From Phaeosaccion multiseriatum (lineage: Eukaryota; Protista; Ochrophyta, other classes): a DNA stretch of 64,000 nt. Made by a program: the position numbers and the translations under genes. Below the pieces are notes generated by a model. It was not told where the DNA came from. It saw nothing but the letters and a program-made list of their open reading frames with translations, and searched no databases. Position 1 is the stretch's first letter; each line of letters starts with the position of its first letter. This document shows, one piece after another, positions 11,514-25,902 of this stretch. The stretch spans positions 5,146,001 through 5,210,000 of the forward strand of contig OZ218951.1 in NCBI GenBank assembly GCA_965112735.1, read 5' to 3'.

Positions 11514-14500
11514 ATGCTCGTCATCCGGCAGACAGCGGCCCGAGGGGCGCGCAGGCCTCGCTCGGGAAGGATTGAGGAGGTGGCTGCGGCGGCGGCTGCG
11601 GCTGCGAGGCGAGCTCACGCGTGGAATGCGTGGAGGGGGGCAGCAGGTGGTGGTGGAGGAGGAGGAGGAGGAGGAGGAGGAGGAGGACAAGTGCTGCTTT
11701 GCCGTTGGGGAGTGTGCACCACCACCGCCCGAACTAGTACCACCACCATCACCAGTATTATTAATAGTATTAGTAGTCAAGGCTCAGTCATGACGAGGGG
11801 GAGGGGCATCAGCAGGGCGAGTTTAGTGCTCGGCGAGGGAGGAGGGGAAAGTTGTCGATTTGGAGCATTGCGTCTGGACCACCCTCAGCAGCAGCAGCAG
11901 AGCAGAAGCCTGGCAGGGGAAGCCAAGCGGGGGGGCAAGAGTGAAGGCACGGGGAAAGCCGAGAGCAATAGTGAAGCAATGGGCACTGCCAACAGGGGCG
12001 AGAGCGAAGTGAAGGATGCTGTGAAGGCCACAAAGAGCGCCAAGAAAAGAAGGCCGAAGAAGAAGAGGAAGCCAGCAAAGTCATCACCATCATCAGCAGC
12101 GAGTGCAGCAGCCGGAGCAGAAACAGAAGCAGCAACAGCAACAGCAGCACCAGGAGGAGGTGGAGCAGGGCTGAGCACAGCAGAGGCACCCGACCCTCAA
12201 AACGCCCTCAGCGAAGCTCACAACGCAGCCAAGACCTCAAAGTCAAAGAGTGCAAAGAAAAGAAAGCCGAGGAGGAAGAAGAAGTCAGCAAAGATTAATC
12301 CAGCACAGTCTGCATCGTCACCAGCAGCAGCAACACCAGCAGCAGCAGGAGGAACAGAAGCAGAATCAGCAGCAGTAGCAGCAGCAGCAGGAGGGGGGGG
12401 AGAGCCCCTCCCACTAGAGGCCTTTGATGAGCAGTACAGCTACTCCCTTGCCGCGGAGAGGACTCTGAAGCTCTTGACCAAGGACGACCACTCCTCCGCT
12501 GCAACGACTCGGTTGGTGGAAGAGGAACTTCGGGAGAGACGAGCTCTGGCCACCCCGATGTCTCCCATGGACAGATCGAGCAGCAGCCACTTCGACCCCG
12601 CTCCAAAGCTGCTGGACCTGTTGTGCACCTTCCTTTCAGAGAAGGAGTTGAGGCGGTTGCTGCTGACGTTGGATGTGTATGGATCGTCCAGTCATGTCTC
12701 GATGGAGCGCTTGGTGAGGAATCTCGAGGGTATGCGACTCGGCAAGTCAAGGGACTCTGACTGGTGTGTACCACTTATCCAGCAGCATTTGCTCGGGCAG
12801 CCCTTCTCACAGACGGCGTTGGAGGAAGTGGCGCAGAGTCGATTCCGATATAATGTCGAGGTGGGGAAAAGTCCAGTGGCGCCACAGGACTTTCTGCGTG
12901 GTAGTACTAGAAAGACCAAGGTGAGAAAGAAGGGAGAGGAGAGAGAGAAGGCGAGGGGAGGGAAGAGAGCGATGGCGAGGGAGAGAGAGACAGCCCCCCC
13001 CCCTAAATTGGGGAAGAGGGTAGTGATTGCGAAAGTAATTCCGTTGAAGGGAGGGTGACGGAAGGAGAAACCGTCCACGGGAAAGAGGTTGGGAAGAAGC
13101 AACGTCGGATCCTCCTCCTCCTCCTCCTCCTCCTCCTCCTCCTCCTCCTCCTCCTCCTCCGCCGCCGCCGCCGTCGCCACCTCACCTCCTCTCCCTTCCC
13201 CCCCCTCCCTTCCTCTCGCTGCCTTGCCCTGCCCTGCCCTGCCCTGCCCTGTATCACCAACTGCCCACCCAAGTCAATCAAGAAGAATCTCAGTACGCTG
13301 GTTGAGGAGTACATCCGCGGGTGCCCTAAACCCCTTGATCAGAGCATGACCCAGGCCTACTGCAAGAGTGATCTCACTGAGATGGTAGCCTTCAGCTCCA
13401 GGATCGCGAACCTCCTTTCTGTTGGTTATGATGCTGAGTTAGAAATGAAGAAAAGAGGAGAAGGAGGAGGAGGAGGAGGAGGAGGAGGAGGAGGAGGAGG
13501 AGGAGGAGGAGGAGGAGGAGGAGGAGGCGGAGCAATAGAGAGAGATGGGCAGGTGGTGGAAGCGGCAGCGTTTCATGAGGAGGTGGGGGTGGAGGAGGAG
13601 GAAAAGAAGGTGAAGGTAAGATTTAGGAACTATGCCGTGGAAATGAGGGCCCGCAAGGTGCGGAAATCGCTCAGCGCCAGGCCGCTGTGCAGCGAGAAGG
13701 AGAGGGCAGGCGTGAGCAAGGAGGTCAAGGAGCTGTGCGAGAGGCTGCCACCACAGGCGCTGAGAAGAATAGCGGCGGTACGTAACCGTCGCAAGTGTCG
13801 TAACCGACGTACTCGCCGGGGGGGGAGTAAGGGGGGGGCGGGCGAGGCAGAGACCAGGGTCACAGCACGGTAGGGCAGGCATATGGGGCAGGGAGGCATG
13901 GTGTAGGTTGACTGATGGGCAGGTAGGCATATGGGCAAGCGGGCAGGCATGTGCGCGGGCAGGCAGGCACATGGGCATATGGTTGGGCATGCATGTGGGC
14001 CGGCGGGCTGGGGGCGGAGACGATCTGAAGAGCGGAGAGGTTGATTGGCTCTTTCGCAAGAGGCGTTCTTTGTTTCTTCTTCTTCTTGTTTGAGACTGAC
14101 TCCCACACATGTGTTGCTGTAAGCCCCTCCTTGCTCACTGACGCCCCTCCTCTTTCCGTTTCTATCTTTCCTTGGCTCCTTCCTTCTTTCCTTCCTTCTT
14201 CCTTCTCCCTTCTTTCCTTCCTCACCCACTCCCTCCCTCCCTCCCCTCCCTCTCCTCCCTCCCTCCCTCCGTCCCTCCGCCCTCCCCACCTCCCCTCCCT
14301 CTCCTCCCTCCCTCTCCTCCTTCCCTCCATCTCTCTCTCCCTCCCTCCCACGCTCCTTTCCTCCCTCCCTCCCTCCCTCCCTCCCTCCCTCCCTCCCTCC
14401 CTCCCTCCCCGCCCTCTCTCTCCCCTCCCTCTCCTCCTTCCCTCCATCTCTCTGTCCCTCCCTCCCACCCACCTTCATGTCCTCTTTTCCTCCCTCCCTC

Positions 14501-15091
14501 CCTCCCTCTCGCCCTCATTTCCTCCCTCCCTCCCTCCCTCCCTCCCTCCTTCCTTTTCTCTCCCCTCCCTCTCCTCCTTCCCTCCAACTCCCTCCCTCCC
14601 TCCCTACAGATGTACCTAAAGCGCTACAAGCTCCGTAAGCCCAGGGCCAAGGAACGCGTTCTCAATGACATAAGTCGCGTCCTCCAGATTCACGCTCTGG
14701 GGGTGGCCTCGCCCCTCTTCCGAGTGTGGGGTGTCAGGACAGAGGGGCTAGATGACGTGGTGAGTGAGTGAGGGTAGGAGAGAGTGAGTGAGTGAGGGAG
14801 GGAGGGAGGGAAGGAGGTAGGTAGGTAGGGAGGGAGGGAGGGAGGGAGGGAGGGAGGGAAGGAAGGAGGTAGGGAGGGAGGGAGGGAGGGAGGGAGTTGG
14901 GGTCCAAGACCAGCGCCAGCAGATAAGTAGAGGGAGAGGGGGAGGAGGGAAGAGAAACAGGGGGAGAGAGGGAGGAGGGACGAGAAGCAGGGGGGGAGAG
15001 GGAGGAAGGAAGGAAGAGAAGCAGGGAGAGGGAGGGAGAGGGGGAGTCAAGAACGAGCTCCAACTGCAGCGGTCAGAGAAGTAGAGTTGTA

Positions 15092-15150
<59 letters not shown>

Positions 15151-16744
15151 GCATGGGGTAGCGAATTGGGGCATGAGAGGACTAACTTCGTATCACTTGG
15201 TGGATCGCCCCCCTTGCTTCTCTTTCTTGTGTTCTTCCTTCTTCTCCTTCCTCTTGATCTGTGTGTCTGTCTCTCTCTCTGTGTCATCTGTATCTACGTG
15301 TATGTGTGTGTGCGTCTGTGTGTGCGTCTGTGTGTGTGCGCGCGCTTGGGCGAGCAGTACCCAGAGGTAACTCAAGCCCTCGCCAAGCAACACGCCGGAT
15401 ATTTGGCTGTCCAGGAGCGACTGAAACTGAGTCTGAGGGACGCACGGCACAAAACCATGGCCCATCAGTACAAGATGAAAGGACCCTTCAATTTTGAGGA
15501 CATGTTCGCCTCCGTGCCTCGAGACGGAGAGGAGGGGGGGGCAGGGAGCGAGGAGGGGGAGGAGGGAGAGGAGATGAAGGCTGGGATGCATGGGTTGATG
15601 AAAGGAATAGTGGGAGGAGGAGGAGGAGGAGGAGGAGGAGGAGGAGGAGGAGGAGGAGAGGAGGGCGGCTTGCATCATCAGGAGCAGAGGCTGAACGACT
15701 CCGAACCGGAGGATGTGCGTACGCAAATACTAGGGCTTATGAGTAAGTCAATGCAGCTTGCCAAGCCCAGCAGTAAGATGGGCAGTCGAGTGAGCGTTTG
15801 GACGCACGGACTGATGGAGATGGACGTGTTACTCATACAGAGGCTGCCGCTGCCACCAAGGTCAGGACTAGGGGGCGACTGGGTAGGGGGGGAATGGCGG
15901 GAGACAAGCGGTATGGTAGGAGAGGGGGGCACAGAGGAGGGGGTAGTGGGGACCGTGGAGGATGAGGAGGAGGAGGAGAAGGAAGAGGAAGAGGGAGGTG
16001 CATCGAAGGTGGCATTGGATGGTGCCAACATCGTTGGAAGTGCTTCTTCTCCTAAGGAGGAGGAGGAGGACAAGTGGGGAGACTTGTATGGCGAGCGGAC
16101 GATCTTTGTGGAGAATCTCCCCAAGGGGGTGCGTGGGGCGGAGATTTCCGAGGCCTTTCGAAAGTGCGGTACTGTGGAGAAAGTCCGACTCTTCGACCTC
16201 GATGCCAGTCTCGAGGGGCAGGGACCGTGGGGCGGTGAGGGAGGGGTTGGCGACGACGAAGAGGAGGAGGAGGAGGAGGAGGGAGAGGACGCGGAGAAAA
16301 CGACGACTGCGGACGACGGCAGCGGCGGTACGGATGGCAGCAACAGCAGCAGCAACAGCAACAGCAACCGCAAGAGTAAGAAGCACAGCAGAAAGAATAG
16401 AAAGAACAAGGGTAGTTTGCAGGGCGGCAAAAAGCAGAACCGAAAGTCTTACATGGACACTTTGGCGGAGCTCGAGGAGAAAAGCTCCACAAACAAGAGC
16501 GGAGTCTACGGTGCGTGTGTATGCGTGTGTGTGTGCGTGCGTGTATGTGCCTTCATGACTGCCCGACCTTGTGGGATTCTCTCTCCCACGCACCTACCCA
16601 CCCAATCCCTGACCCTGTGTGTTCTGCACCGCTGACTCCTCTGTCATCACTGCCCTCACTCAAGTACCCATTCACCTTACCATCCACTACTTACGTACCC
16701 CTTGCCTACTCCTTCCCTACCCCTTACGTACGGCACACACACAC

Positions 16745-16814
<70 letters not shown>

Positions 16815-18058
16815 GCACACACACACACGCAGCCTTCGTGACCTTCGACACCCCAGAGGCCTACCGCAAGGCCACACACGACGCCCTCCGCATCTTCGGC
16901 CTTAGAGTACGCTCTCGCAACTGCGTGGCCACCCCAGCGCTGAGGCGCACTTCCCTCTTTGTGCCCAACGACTTTGCAATCGCCACGGCAGGGGAGCTCG
17001 AGGAGCAGCTCCAGCAGGCACTCGAGCCACATTTTCAGGTTATGGTACTAAGTCAATTGGCGTGTGTTTGGCGGGGGGGCTGCATTTGTCATGTGTGTTC
17101 GTGTGGTCAAGTGCTCTTGAAGCTGAAGCACTTGTTGCCCCTCCCTCCCTCCCTCACCTCTGTCTCAGGTGACGATACGGCCAACAGGGGAGGGCCCTGA
17201 CGTGAAACCCGAGCGAGTGCGGCTTGACTTTGGATCTCACGCGGCGGCACTCTTCGCAGAGCGATTGCTCAAGACACACGATTTCGTGGTACGTGTTGTG
17301 TTGTCGAACAGAAGGAGCCTGTTTGTATCGCACATCTCTCTTCTCTCTCTTTATCCTCTCTCCTCTCTCTCTTTATCCTCTCTCCTTCTCTCTCTCTTTA
17401 TCCTCTCTCCTTCTCTCTCTCCTTCTCTCTCTCTCTATCTGCTCCCCTTCTCTCCTTCTCTCTCTCTCTCTCTCTCTCAATCTCCATGTCTCTGTGCCTC
17501 TTGTCTCGTCCCCAGCCACTCGTTCGAGGCTCGGTTCGCCACCCCCCCTCATTGTATCTTGCCACACTCTGCATCTACCCTACTTATCCTAAGGTTGTTT
17601 TGCTCTTTCGACTATTTCCCGACATCTCCCAACCCCCCTCTCACACTCTCTCCCTGCCTCTCTCTCCTCTACTCCTCTTTCTCTCTCCCTCTCCATCTCT
17701 CCTCTCTCTGTCTCTGTTCCTCTCCTCTACTCCTTTTCCTCACCCTCAACCCCTCTATCCCACTTACTCCTCCCCTCTCTCTCCCTCGCTCTCCCACCCA
17801 CCCATCCATCCATCCACTGTCATCCATCCACCCATCCATCCATCCACTGCCATCCATCCACCCATCCATCCACCCACTGCCATCCATCCATGCACTGCCA
17901 TCAATCCGCAGCCCTCCTGGTACATGGATCGCCTGAGCGTCCGCCGCTCTGAGAAGTACGTCACAAAGATGAGCTCGCTCTCTCTCAACGGAGACAACGC
18001 ACATCTGGTGCCATCGAAGTACGGAGGGCTCGGCTACGAGGATGCAGGCGGCATGTAA
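11514..18058 (+). CDS. Large multi-exon RRM-containing protein with K/A-rich and acidic low-complexity regions, possibly organelle-targeted
   Basis: Coding blocks approx. 11514-12919, from 13274, 14610-14759, 15358-16511, 16833-17038, 17169-17288, 17912-18058. RNP2-like RTIFVENLP...[14 protein letters not shown] and RNP1-like GVY|AFVTF. Arg/Ala-rich N-terminus. Some exon boundaries uncertain. Confidence 0.65.
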
Positions 18059-18192
18059 GGCTCTGAGAGATACTCTGACAAGACACTCTGACAGACGCGC
18101 GGCCTTCCCGAAGACAGAAGACAGGCGCCCCTCCTTGGACCTTGGCGAGCTAAGCTGGGCCTGTCTAATTGCTTGTCCGTCCGTTAATGGAG

Positions 18193-18239
<47 letters not shown>

Positions 18240-18699
18240 CTCACCTTCTCCTTTGGCAGCGCACCCTTCTTTTGACACTCGGATACTCATCAGCCCCCCG
18301 ACTCTGGATGAGAATATGTGTGTTTAGGTGTATGCACCACCGCGAGTGCAGGAAGCGGAGTAGTGAAAGGCGCGGGGACTGTGCGAGGGCATAACGAATA
18401 TTAGCACAGTACTTTGTCTCTCTCCGTCCCTCGCCCCCTCCCTGAAAGGTGCCCCACTTATTTCTCCCACGCAATGCAGCTAGCTATGCCATGCACACTC
18501 CCTCGTCTCCTGCGAGAGGGGCAAAGAGGCAAAGCGCTTAGGGCAGTAAATCAGTCTGCCCGCTTTCACAACTTCTTCATCCCTTCTTCCTCGCGCAGGA
18601 CAGCTGACCCCTTATTACAGCAGCAGACGCAGAGAACCCTCCACCCTCCAGGAGGCCCTCGCTCGCTCCACAACGACGCGCCGCCTTTCGAGACTCGCT

Positions 18700-19715
18700 G
18701 GAGACGTTCCCCGACGATGCGACAGCGGCCGACACCGGCATGGAGTCCAGCCGGCAAGGCATGGCGGGCTACAACAGCCACAAGATAGCCCCCGGTGCGA
18801 TGAGCTTCATCGCCACCTCCCCCGGACATGTCTGGGTCCATTCCGGCCACAGACATGGTTGGGGCCCTACGACGCTCCCTCGTCATTAACTGCCTGTACG
18901 GACCCGGCGAGCGCGACGCACTCGTCTGCCCCTGCCTGCTGCAACACCCGACTGCGCCACTACTTCCACGCCCTGCAGTGCCCCAACAAATCGACCACAC
19001 CTATACCAGCCACACCGTCATGCTGTCCTCCATCGACGAGGACATGTGATGTTCAAGAAGAACTTCGTCCCCAGCGTCGGATCTCGACACGAGAGCTCGG
19101 AGTACTTCCTTCCCTCGCACACAACACACAACAACATGCATGGCCGTGAAGTATCGCATGGACGGCCGTCAGCCGCGTCCGTCACGGCACCCTCTCTGGC
19201 GCGAGGGACCAAAAGGGGTACATGATAGCCTTCACCGTGAGTAACAACATTTGCAGGACGGCCCTTGAATATGCTCCACACGAACGTTAGGCCTGGAGCG
19301 GCAGCGGCTGCCAGCGAGCGAGACCCGCAAGGAGCAGCACTACACCAACACCTACGACCCCGAGTTAGTGCACCTCACCACCTTCACCATCGAGACCCAT
19401 GGACGTCTCGGCGTATAGGCACAATCCCTCCTACACGCCCTAGGCGAGCACGTGGTCTCCCGTACCGAATGCACCGGCGCTTCGACCACGCACCAATCGA
19501 CACCAACAAGGGCCATGTCCTCTCCAAACTTCGACGCCTCATAAGCTGCAGCCACCAGATCTATCTCTCTCCTTCCTGGGACGGCTCAACCGCGGCGTCG
19601 GACCAGCGCTCCCCTCCTCGGTCAGGAGTGAAAGGGGCCCCTAGACGCACGCACACACACACGCACGCACACACACACACCGCGCACAGGTTGATTCCAG
19701 TAAGTCAATAAAGTG
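18700..19715 (+). mobile_element. Degenerate 3' part of an RLE-type (CRE-like) non-LTR retrotransposon
   Basis: Across frameshifts and a stop, motifs appear in the expected order: AGKAW, ALRRSL, CxC...HALQC (zinc knuckle), KYRMD, YMIAFTVSN, PGAAAAAS-ETRKEQHY...FTIETHGRLGV*AQSLLHAL, LRRLISCSHQ. Followed by a CA-rich tail and AATAAA (about 19707). Confidence 0.65.
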
Positions 19716-19831
19716 CATCTGCCCCCCCGCCCCCGACTGATCAGCCCCCCTCTTAGAGAGCCCCGCCTCCGGGCTGCTGCTATCATCCCGCCTCCCTATC
19801 TTTGCCGTACCCACGCCCTCTTTCCGCTACC

Positions 19832-21302
19832 ATGCCAAGTATTGAGGTACAGTGTATGAGCACCTTTTACCCCTCCAACGATGCGCTCACGTATTTTGTC
19901 TAAGCACGATTCCCCCCTACTGTTGCGATACCTCTCCGTGTGGCAGGCTACCCGCCTGTACCAAGCCATCCGCGGTGGCCAGAGCGTCCGAAAGGTGCAG
20001 GCGGCGGTGAGGGCCCTCGTCGCTAAGAACGGAGGGCGGAGGGCATGCTTGGACGAGCCCGTCGACGGGTCCGGGTTTCCTGCCCTACACGTCGCGATGA
20101 GTGAGAAGAGGGGCGACATCGCTGCGCTTCTGCTGCAAGAGGGGGCGTCGCCGAATGCTGCTGCAGAGACTACAAATGGCACGAGTGCGTTGATGGCCGC
20201 ATGTCATTATAAGGATGCTGCTGCCGTCCAACAGCTCCTTGATGCTGGTGCTGACGTAAATGCACAAGCGAGAGATGGATTTACTGCTCTCATGGAGGCC
20301 TCCCAGGAAGGAACCGTGGTGGTGGTGCACGAGCTGCTCTCAGCCGGCGCGGAGGTCGACAAGGAAGATTCAGAAGGCTGTACGGCCTTGCACCTTGCCT
20401 CCCAGGAAGGGCATCATACGGTGGTGCAGCAGCTGCTGTCGGCCGGCGCTGATCCCAACCATGTGGATGTCAAGAATGTTCGGGGCACCACCCCCCTGTT
20501 CATTGCCGCAGAAAAAGGACACGACAGGGTCACGCAGCTGCTGCTCACCTCGGGGGCAGATGCGAATTTGCCAGACCGCGACACACACACACACATGTGG
20601 TTTCCGCTTTATATAGCAAGCAGTAGAGGGTATGGCATTGTGGTGGATCAGCTCATCACAGCCGGTGCTGACCTTGAAAAATGTAGCGGCGAGTGGCGGA
20701 GAACTGCGTTGATGCAAGCTTCTATGGAAGGGCACCGAAGTGTTGTGCGGAAGTTGCTCAGGGCTGGGGCAGATGTGAATGCGATTGGTGGCGACGGGTG
20801 TGGAGCGATACACTTGGCAGCTGGAGAGGGCCATGCTCGTGTCGTGGAGGAGCTCATCTCAGGAGGGGCTGACGTGGAGATGCTGTCTCAAAAGGGGCCT
20901 AGTGCTGCTACGGCCTTGATCATGGCTGCTCTACGCGGCCATGGGGCAGTGATCCGTGTGCTGCTGTCTGCGGGGGCTGACCCTGACAATGGGGAGGGCT
21001 TCTTTACATACATGCCGCCCTTACTTTGTGCAGCATGTAGGGGCCACAGCGGGGCGGCGCTGGAGCTACTCTCAGGAGGGGCCTCACTGGCAAAGGCTTT
21101 GACAGCGGCACGAAGGGATTGCGATGAAGCCTGTGTTGTTGAATTCCTCCTGGCCGTGGACAGACATCACTTTGCGTCACAAAGCGCGTTGGACCTGATG
21201 CGGGGCACTGACCTTCTCTTTGGCAAGGAAGGGAGGCTGAAGGTGTCGCAGAGAGAGCTTAGCCCTGAGGTGCTGCAGGAGGTGGCGGAGGAGATGGCAT
21301 GA
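19832..21302 (+). CDS. Ankyrin-repeat protein, paralog A (about 456 aa; 2 exons)
   Basis: Exon1 19832-19846 (MPSIE), GT-AG intron 19847-19946, exon2 19947-21302 with tandem TALxxA...GH..VV..LL.AGA.V repeats. Same structure as paralog B. Confidence 0.92.
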
Positions 21303-22250
21303 CAAGCTCCCCTCCCCTCTCTTTTCTGAACCGAAACTCATTCATGTGAAACTCTTACTTCGTAGTACCTAACAAATATAGAGGAGCCAGCGATACTCAG
21401 GGGAAGAAATAGTAAGCAATGGGTATTTCTGTCCCAGCTTGTCATTCTGACGGCCTTTCCACCGGTGAAGTCGCTATTACCCTAGCCCTCAGTAGCGAAG
21501 GATTCTCACTCCTGTTGCCGCTTTGTCCGAGTTCGACTGCCGATGGTGTCTCAAGAGGCCGAGAAGGTCAACGCGTGTGTGCATGCGTGCGCGTCGCAGA
21601 ATAAGCTAACGTAATGTTTCCTCCCAAGAAAGCAAAAAAATGACGACAAAAACACCGGTGATTGGGTGTCCGAAAGTTGGGGTGTGGAGTAAGCGGGCGT
21701 CTGCAGCTTCTTATATAAGGGCCTTATGAACGAAGTTGAATGAAGCGAACATGGGTGCAGAGGCAGAGAGAGAGAGAGAGTGCTTTCCTCGCTAAACACC
21801 TCTCTCCCTGCTCCCGCCGCTGTTGGACACCTGCTGTTACAGACAAGATGCCGTACTACCAACTGCCGCACCACAACAAACAGGCATGGCCCACCCAATG
21901 GGCCAGGCGGAAGAAGCCCTCCCTCCATCATTTGAGTTGAGCAACACAAGCAGCCAAGGCCACAGCCAGCGACACAATACCTCACCACCAGGCCCACACG
22001 TGTCGGGCCTCAACACAGCTGCTCACTCGCAAGCAAGCCCCGCCCCTCCTCCCCTCCCATCAGCAGGCCCTCCCCATATGCGCCGGTTTGCCCTTATCGC
22101 ATGGTCCCATTGGCCCGTTCTTCGTCTGTCTGAACTCAGTCTCTCGCCCTCTCTCTGTCTGTCTTTCTCTCTCTCTCTCTCTCATTCGGTTGCTTGCGTC
22201 CATCAGTTCATCAAGGGGGAAACTGAGTGTCTCTCTCTGTTCCTCTCCCT

Positions 22251-22763
22251 CTATTTCTTGCTCTCGTCGTCCTTCTTCTCCTCCTCTTTCTTGCCCACCT
22301 GAGCCATGGCGGCCTACAAAGCATTGTAGAGGATTTCATCACGTTCACAGAACAACGTACCGAGAGATAGAGGCAGGGAGGGAGGGAGGGGGGGGGGGCG
22401 GTGAATGAATGTACCAAAGTGGCACAACAAACGACGACGGAGTGGGGGGGAGGAGGGGGAGGAGGGGGAGAAGGAGGGGTGCGATAGAGAGCAAAGTCTT
22501 CCCTTCCGGGGGGGAAAGCATGGTCGCCAGAAAAGACAAGTGACGCAAGGGCACCACCAGGAGGCCTGGGTACGCACACACGCACACACGCCCTACCCCT
22601 CCTCCCCCTCCTACCTTGATGCGGGGGTCGTTTTGGTCCACCCCCGGGATCTGTCCGAGGAGGTTCTGCACGAAGGCAGGGTCGATAAAGTCATCCGCCC
22701 CCCCCCCTGCGGCCTCGCCCGCCGCACCAGAGCTCTCGGCTGAAGAGTCAAGCAATGTGTTTA

Positions 22764-22814
<51 letters not shown>

Positions 22815-22849
22815 ATGTGTTTGTGTGTGTTTATGTGTTTGTGTGTGTA

Positions 22850-22891
<42 letters not shown>

Positions 22892-22916
22892 ATGTGTTTG
22901 TGTGTGTGTGTGTTTA

Positions 22917-22961
<45 letters not shown>

Positions 22962-25844
22962 GTGTATTTGTGTGCGGGTTTGTGCATGTGTGTGTGCGTT
23001 TGTGTGTGAGTGCGTGTGTGTGGGGGGAGGGGGGTGCGTGGGAGAAAGCAGACAGCAGGGAGAGACCATAGTGAGCGAGTGGTTGAAAGAGAGAGAATTC
23101 AAGCTTGAGCTTAGCTTCCTGAAAACAAACCAACCACACCACAGAAGCCACCCACACTCTCTCCGCCCACCCAAGGAAGCGAAGTCAACCCCTCTCTCCC
23201 CCATGTGCTCTACCCCTTTCCTTCTTCTGAACCCTTTCCTTCTGCTGGACCGACCGACAGACCAACCGACCGACCAATCGGCTGACTGACTGACCTGCCG
23301 CTGCCGTATCACCAACTGCTGCTGCTACTGCTGCTGGCTCCGCTCCCGCTGGGGGCTCTGCCTCTGCGTCTGGCTCCTCCGACATGCTCATTTGCAGTGC
23401 CAGCTTCATGGCCTCGTACTCCTCCTAAAGGGGGGCAGGGAGGGGGGCAGAGACGGGCGGGGAGAGGTTTCGGGTGAGAGGGCGAGAGGTTTCTGTGGCG
23501 GCGAGAAGCGGTTTCTGAAGACTGTTAAAGGACAACGAACACATGAGACTTCGTGGGGGCGGATGTTGGAGGAGGGGGGAGAGGCGACACCTCTCGTTGA
23601 AATGTCCACGTACGCACAGGGACACAGAGAGTGCCGAGGGTCAACAAGCAAGCTCAACACTAAACTGAGCAATCTCAAGACTAAACCGGTCCTGATATGA
23701 ACTAATCCTCGTCTCAATGATTGGTTGACTGATTGATTTGTCTCACCTTGTCCATCCCGTCCGCTCCGCCCTCCTCCTCTACGGACATGGCCAGAGCTTG
23801 TTGCAGAAGGGCGTCGTGGTCGTCGACATTGGCTGGGGTGGAGAGCCAACACGTGCATGAGGAGCAGGTGAGGGTACGGGATGTGTGGGGGGGGGGCGGG
23901 GTTGAGGTTGAGGAAGGTACAGAGAAGAGGAAAACGGAAAGGGAAAGGGAAAGGGAAGGAGGAAGAGGAGGAGGAGGAGGCGGGGAAGGTAGGTAGAGAG
24001 AGAGGGAAAGAGGGAGAGAGAGACAGAGACAGAGAGAGGGAGAAAGGAGCATTGGGCGCACGATCCGCAGCTATCGGGGGGACGGATGCATCCCCAAAGG
24101 AGTCGAACAAAGGACGTTCATACATTCCAGTAACAAACAGTTCCACGAGCAGACACCACGCACTCACGCACACACACACGCACGCACACACGCACAATCA
24201 TACGCACACGCATATGCACCGTACCTGGGGTGGCAGCAGCAGCAGCAGCAGCGGGTGTTTCGGCGGCTGTGGCAGCAGCATCAGCAGCGGCGTCCACTTC
24301 CATAAGGTCGCCAGCCTTGGCCTCCTGCGCGGTCACCGATGGAGTGGGAGAGGGGGGAGGAGGGAAATGCCAGCGGCTGTCAGGGGGGGGGGGGGGGCGG
24401 GGGAGTGGGGACACAGACATAGACAGACGGCCTTGCTCTTGCCCGCCCGCTCACCTGCACAGAGCCTCAATGAAAGAAAACCCCCACTCACTGACTCTCT
24501 AACTCCCCCACTGACTCCCTCCCTCCCTCCCTCCCTCCCTCCCTCACCTCTGCCACAACTGCTTCTCCCTCTCCTCCTGCTGCTGCTCCACCGCTCTCCG
24601 CCGCCGCGGCCTCCTGCCTCGCCCTTTCTTCCTCCATGGACACACGCAAGGCCATTGCGAGCTCGGGGTCCATGTTTGGGTCCACACCCCCAAAGTCTGC
24701 AAAGCCTCCTCCTCCCCCTCCGGCCCCTCCTGCTGCCGCTGCCGCCCCGGCACCTTCGTCTCCGCCCCCCCCACCCCCTCCGCCCATGGCTGAGAGAGAG
24801 AGATAGAGAGAGCGAAAGATAGAGAGAGAGGGGGGAGGATGAGGAGGATTAGGAGGAGGAGGAGGAGGAGGAAAGCTGCGGTGCTACAGCTGAGGAACCA
24901 GCCCGCATCACGAACCACGAGTGCGCGGTTGCTGTGTGTGCACAGGTAGCAGCTGCACTACTCACCTCCGCTGATGATGGGCGAGGAGATGAGCACATCC
25001 GAGGGGAGCATGCCGGAGGGAATGGTGACGAGGTGGGAGGAGCCGTCGCTGGAAGACAAGAGGAGAGGAAAAGGGAGAGGGAGCGGACAAATGGTTTTGA
25101 GACAGCTGGCCTTGCGATGGAGAGAGACAGGGGCTCCACACAGCCTTGCTCAGACTTGCCCTTGCCTACTTCAGCCTGGCACAGGAGCCTTTCGATCCCT
25201 CCCGGGGGGGCGACAGAGGGCTGACTGAAACTGAAACTGAAACTGAAACTGAAACGGAAACTAAATTCAGCCTGGCACTTGCCCTTGCCTCCCCTCCTTA
25301 CCTATTGGCAGCCTCAATGAAGGCCTCGAGCCGCCCCTGATTGTCCTCAATCTCTCCCATGGAGATGACGTCAATGGCAACGTTGTTCTTCTTCAGCAGC
25401 TTACCCACCTGACGTACCAAACAGTACAGAGGCCATACACAGGGTGAGGGTGAGGGGGAGGGAAACACGGAACGAGCCGAACCGAGGACCCAAGCACGTG
25501 CGCTTTCCCGCGTGCGCGTTGCGTGAAGGAGAGGGAGGTCCCTTCTCCTCCTCCTCCTCCTCCTCCTCCTCCTCCTCCTCCTCCTGCTCTTTTTTCTCCT
25601 CCTCCTCCTCCTCCTCCTCCTCCTCCTCCTCCTCCTCCTCCTCCTCCTCCTCCTGCTCTTCCTCCTCCTCCTCCTCCTCCTCACCGCCCCACCTCCCAAC
25701 TCCACCCCCCTCACCTTGACCATGGAGCTTGGCTCGTCGGAGAGGGGCGACGCCACAAAGATGATGATGCGCTGCTCGCCCACTTTGTTGCGGCGGTGCT
25801 TCAGGGCCAGCTGGAGGCATACGGAGACGGACGGGTAGGCGGAG

Positions 25845-25902
<58 letters not shown>

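Noticed and set aside
13251-13260. Similarity of TATCACC in the recurrent word to the lambda operator half-site
   Set aside because: Only a 7-bp match with no operator symmetry and no phage context.
21419-22250. Short ORFs between ankyrin A and RPN10
   Set aside because: No domain signal or consistent splice structure; likely UTR or intergenic.
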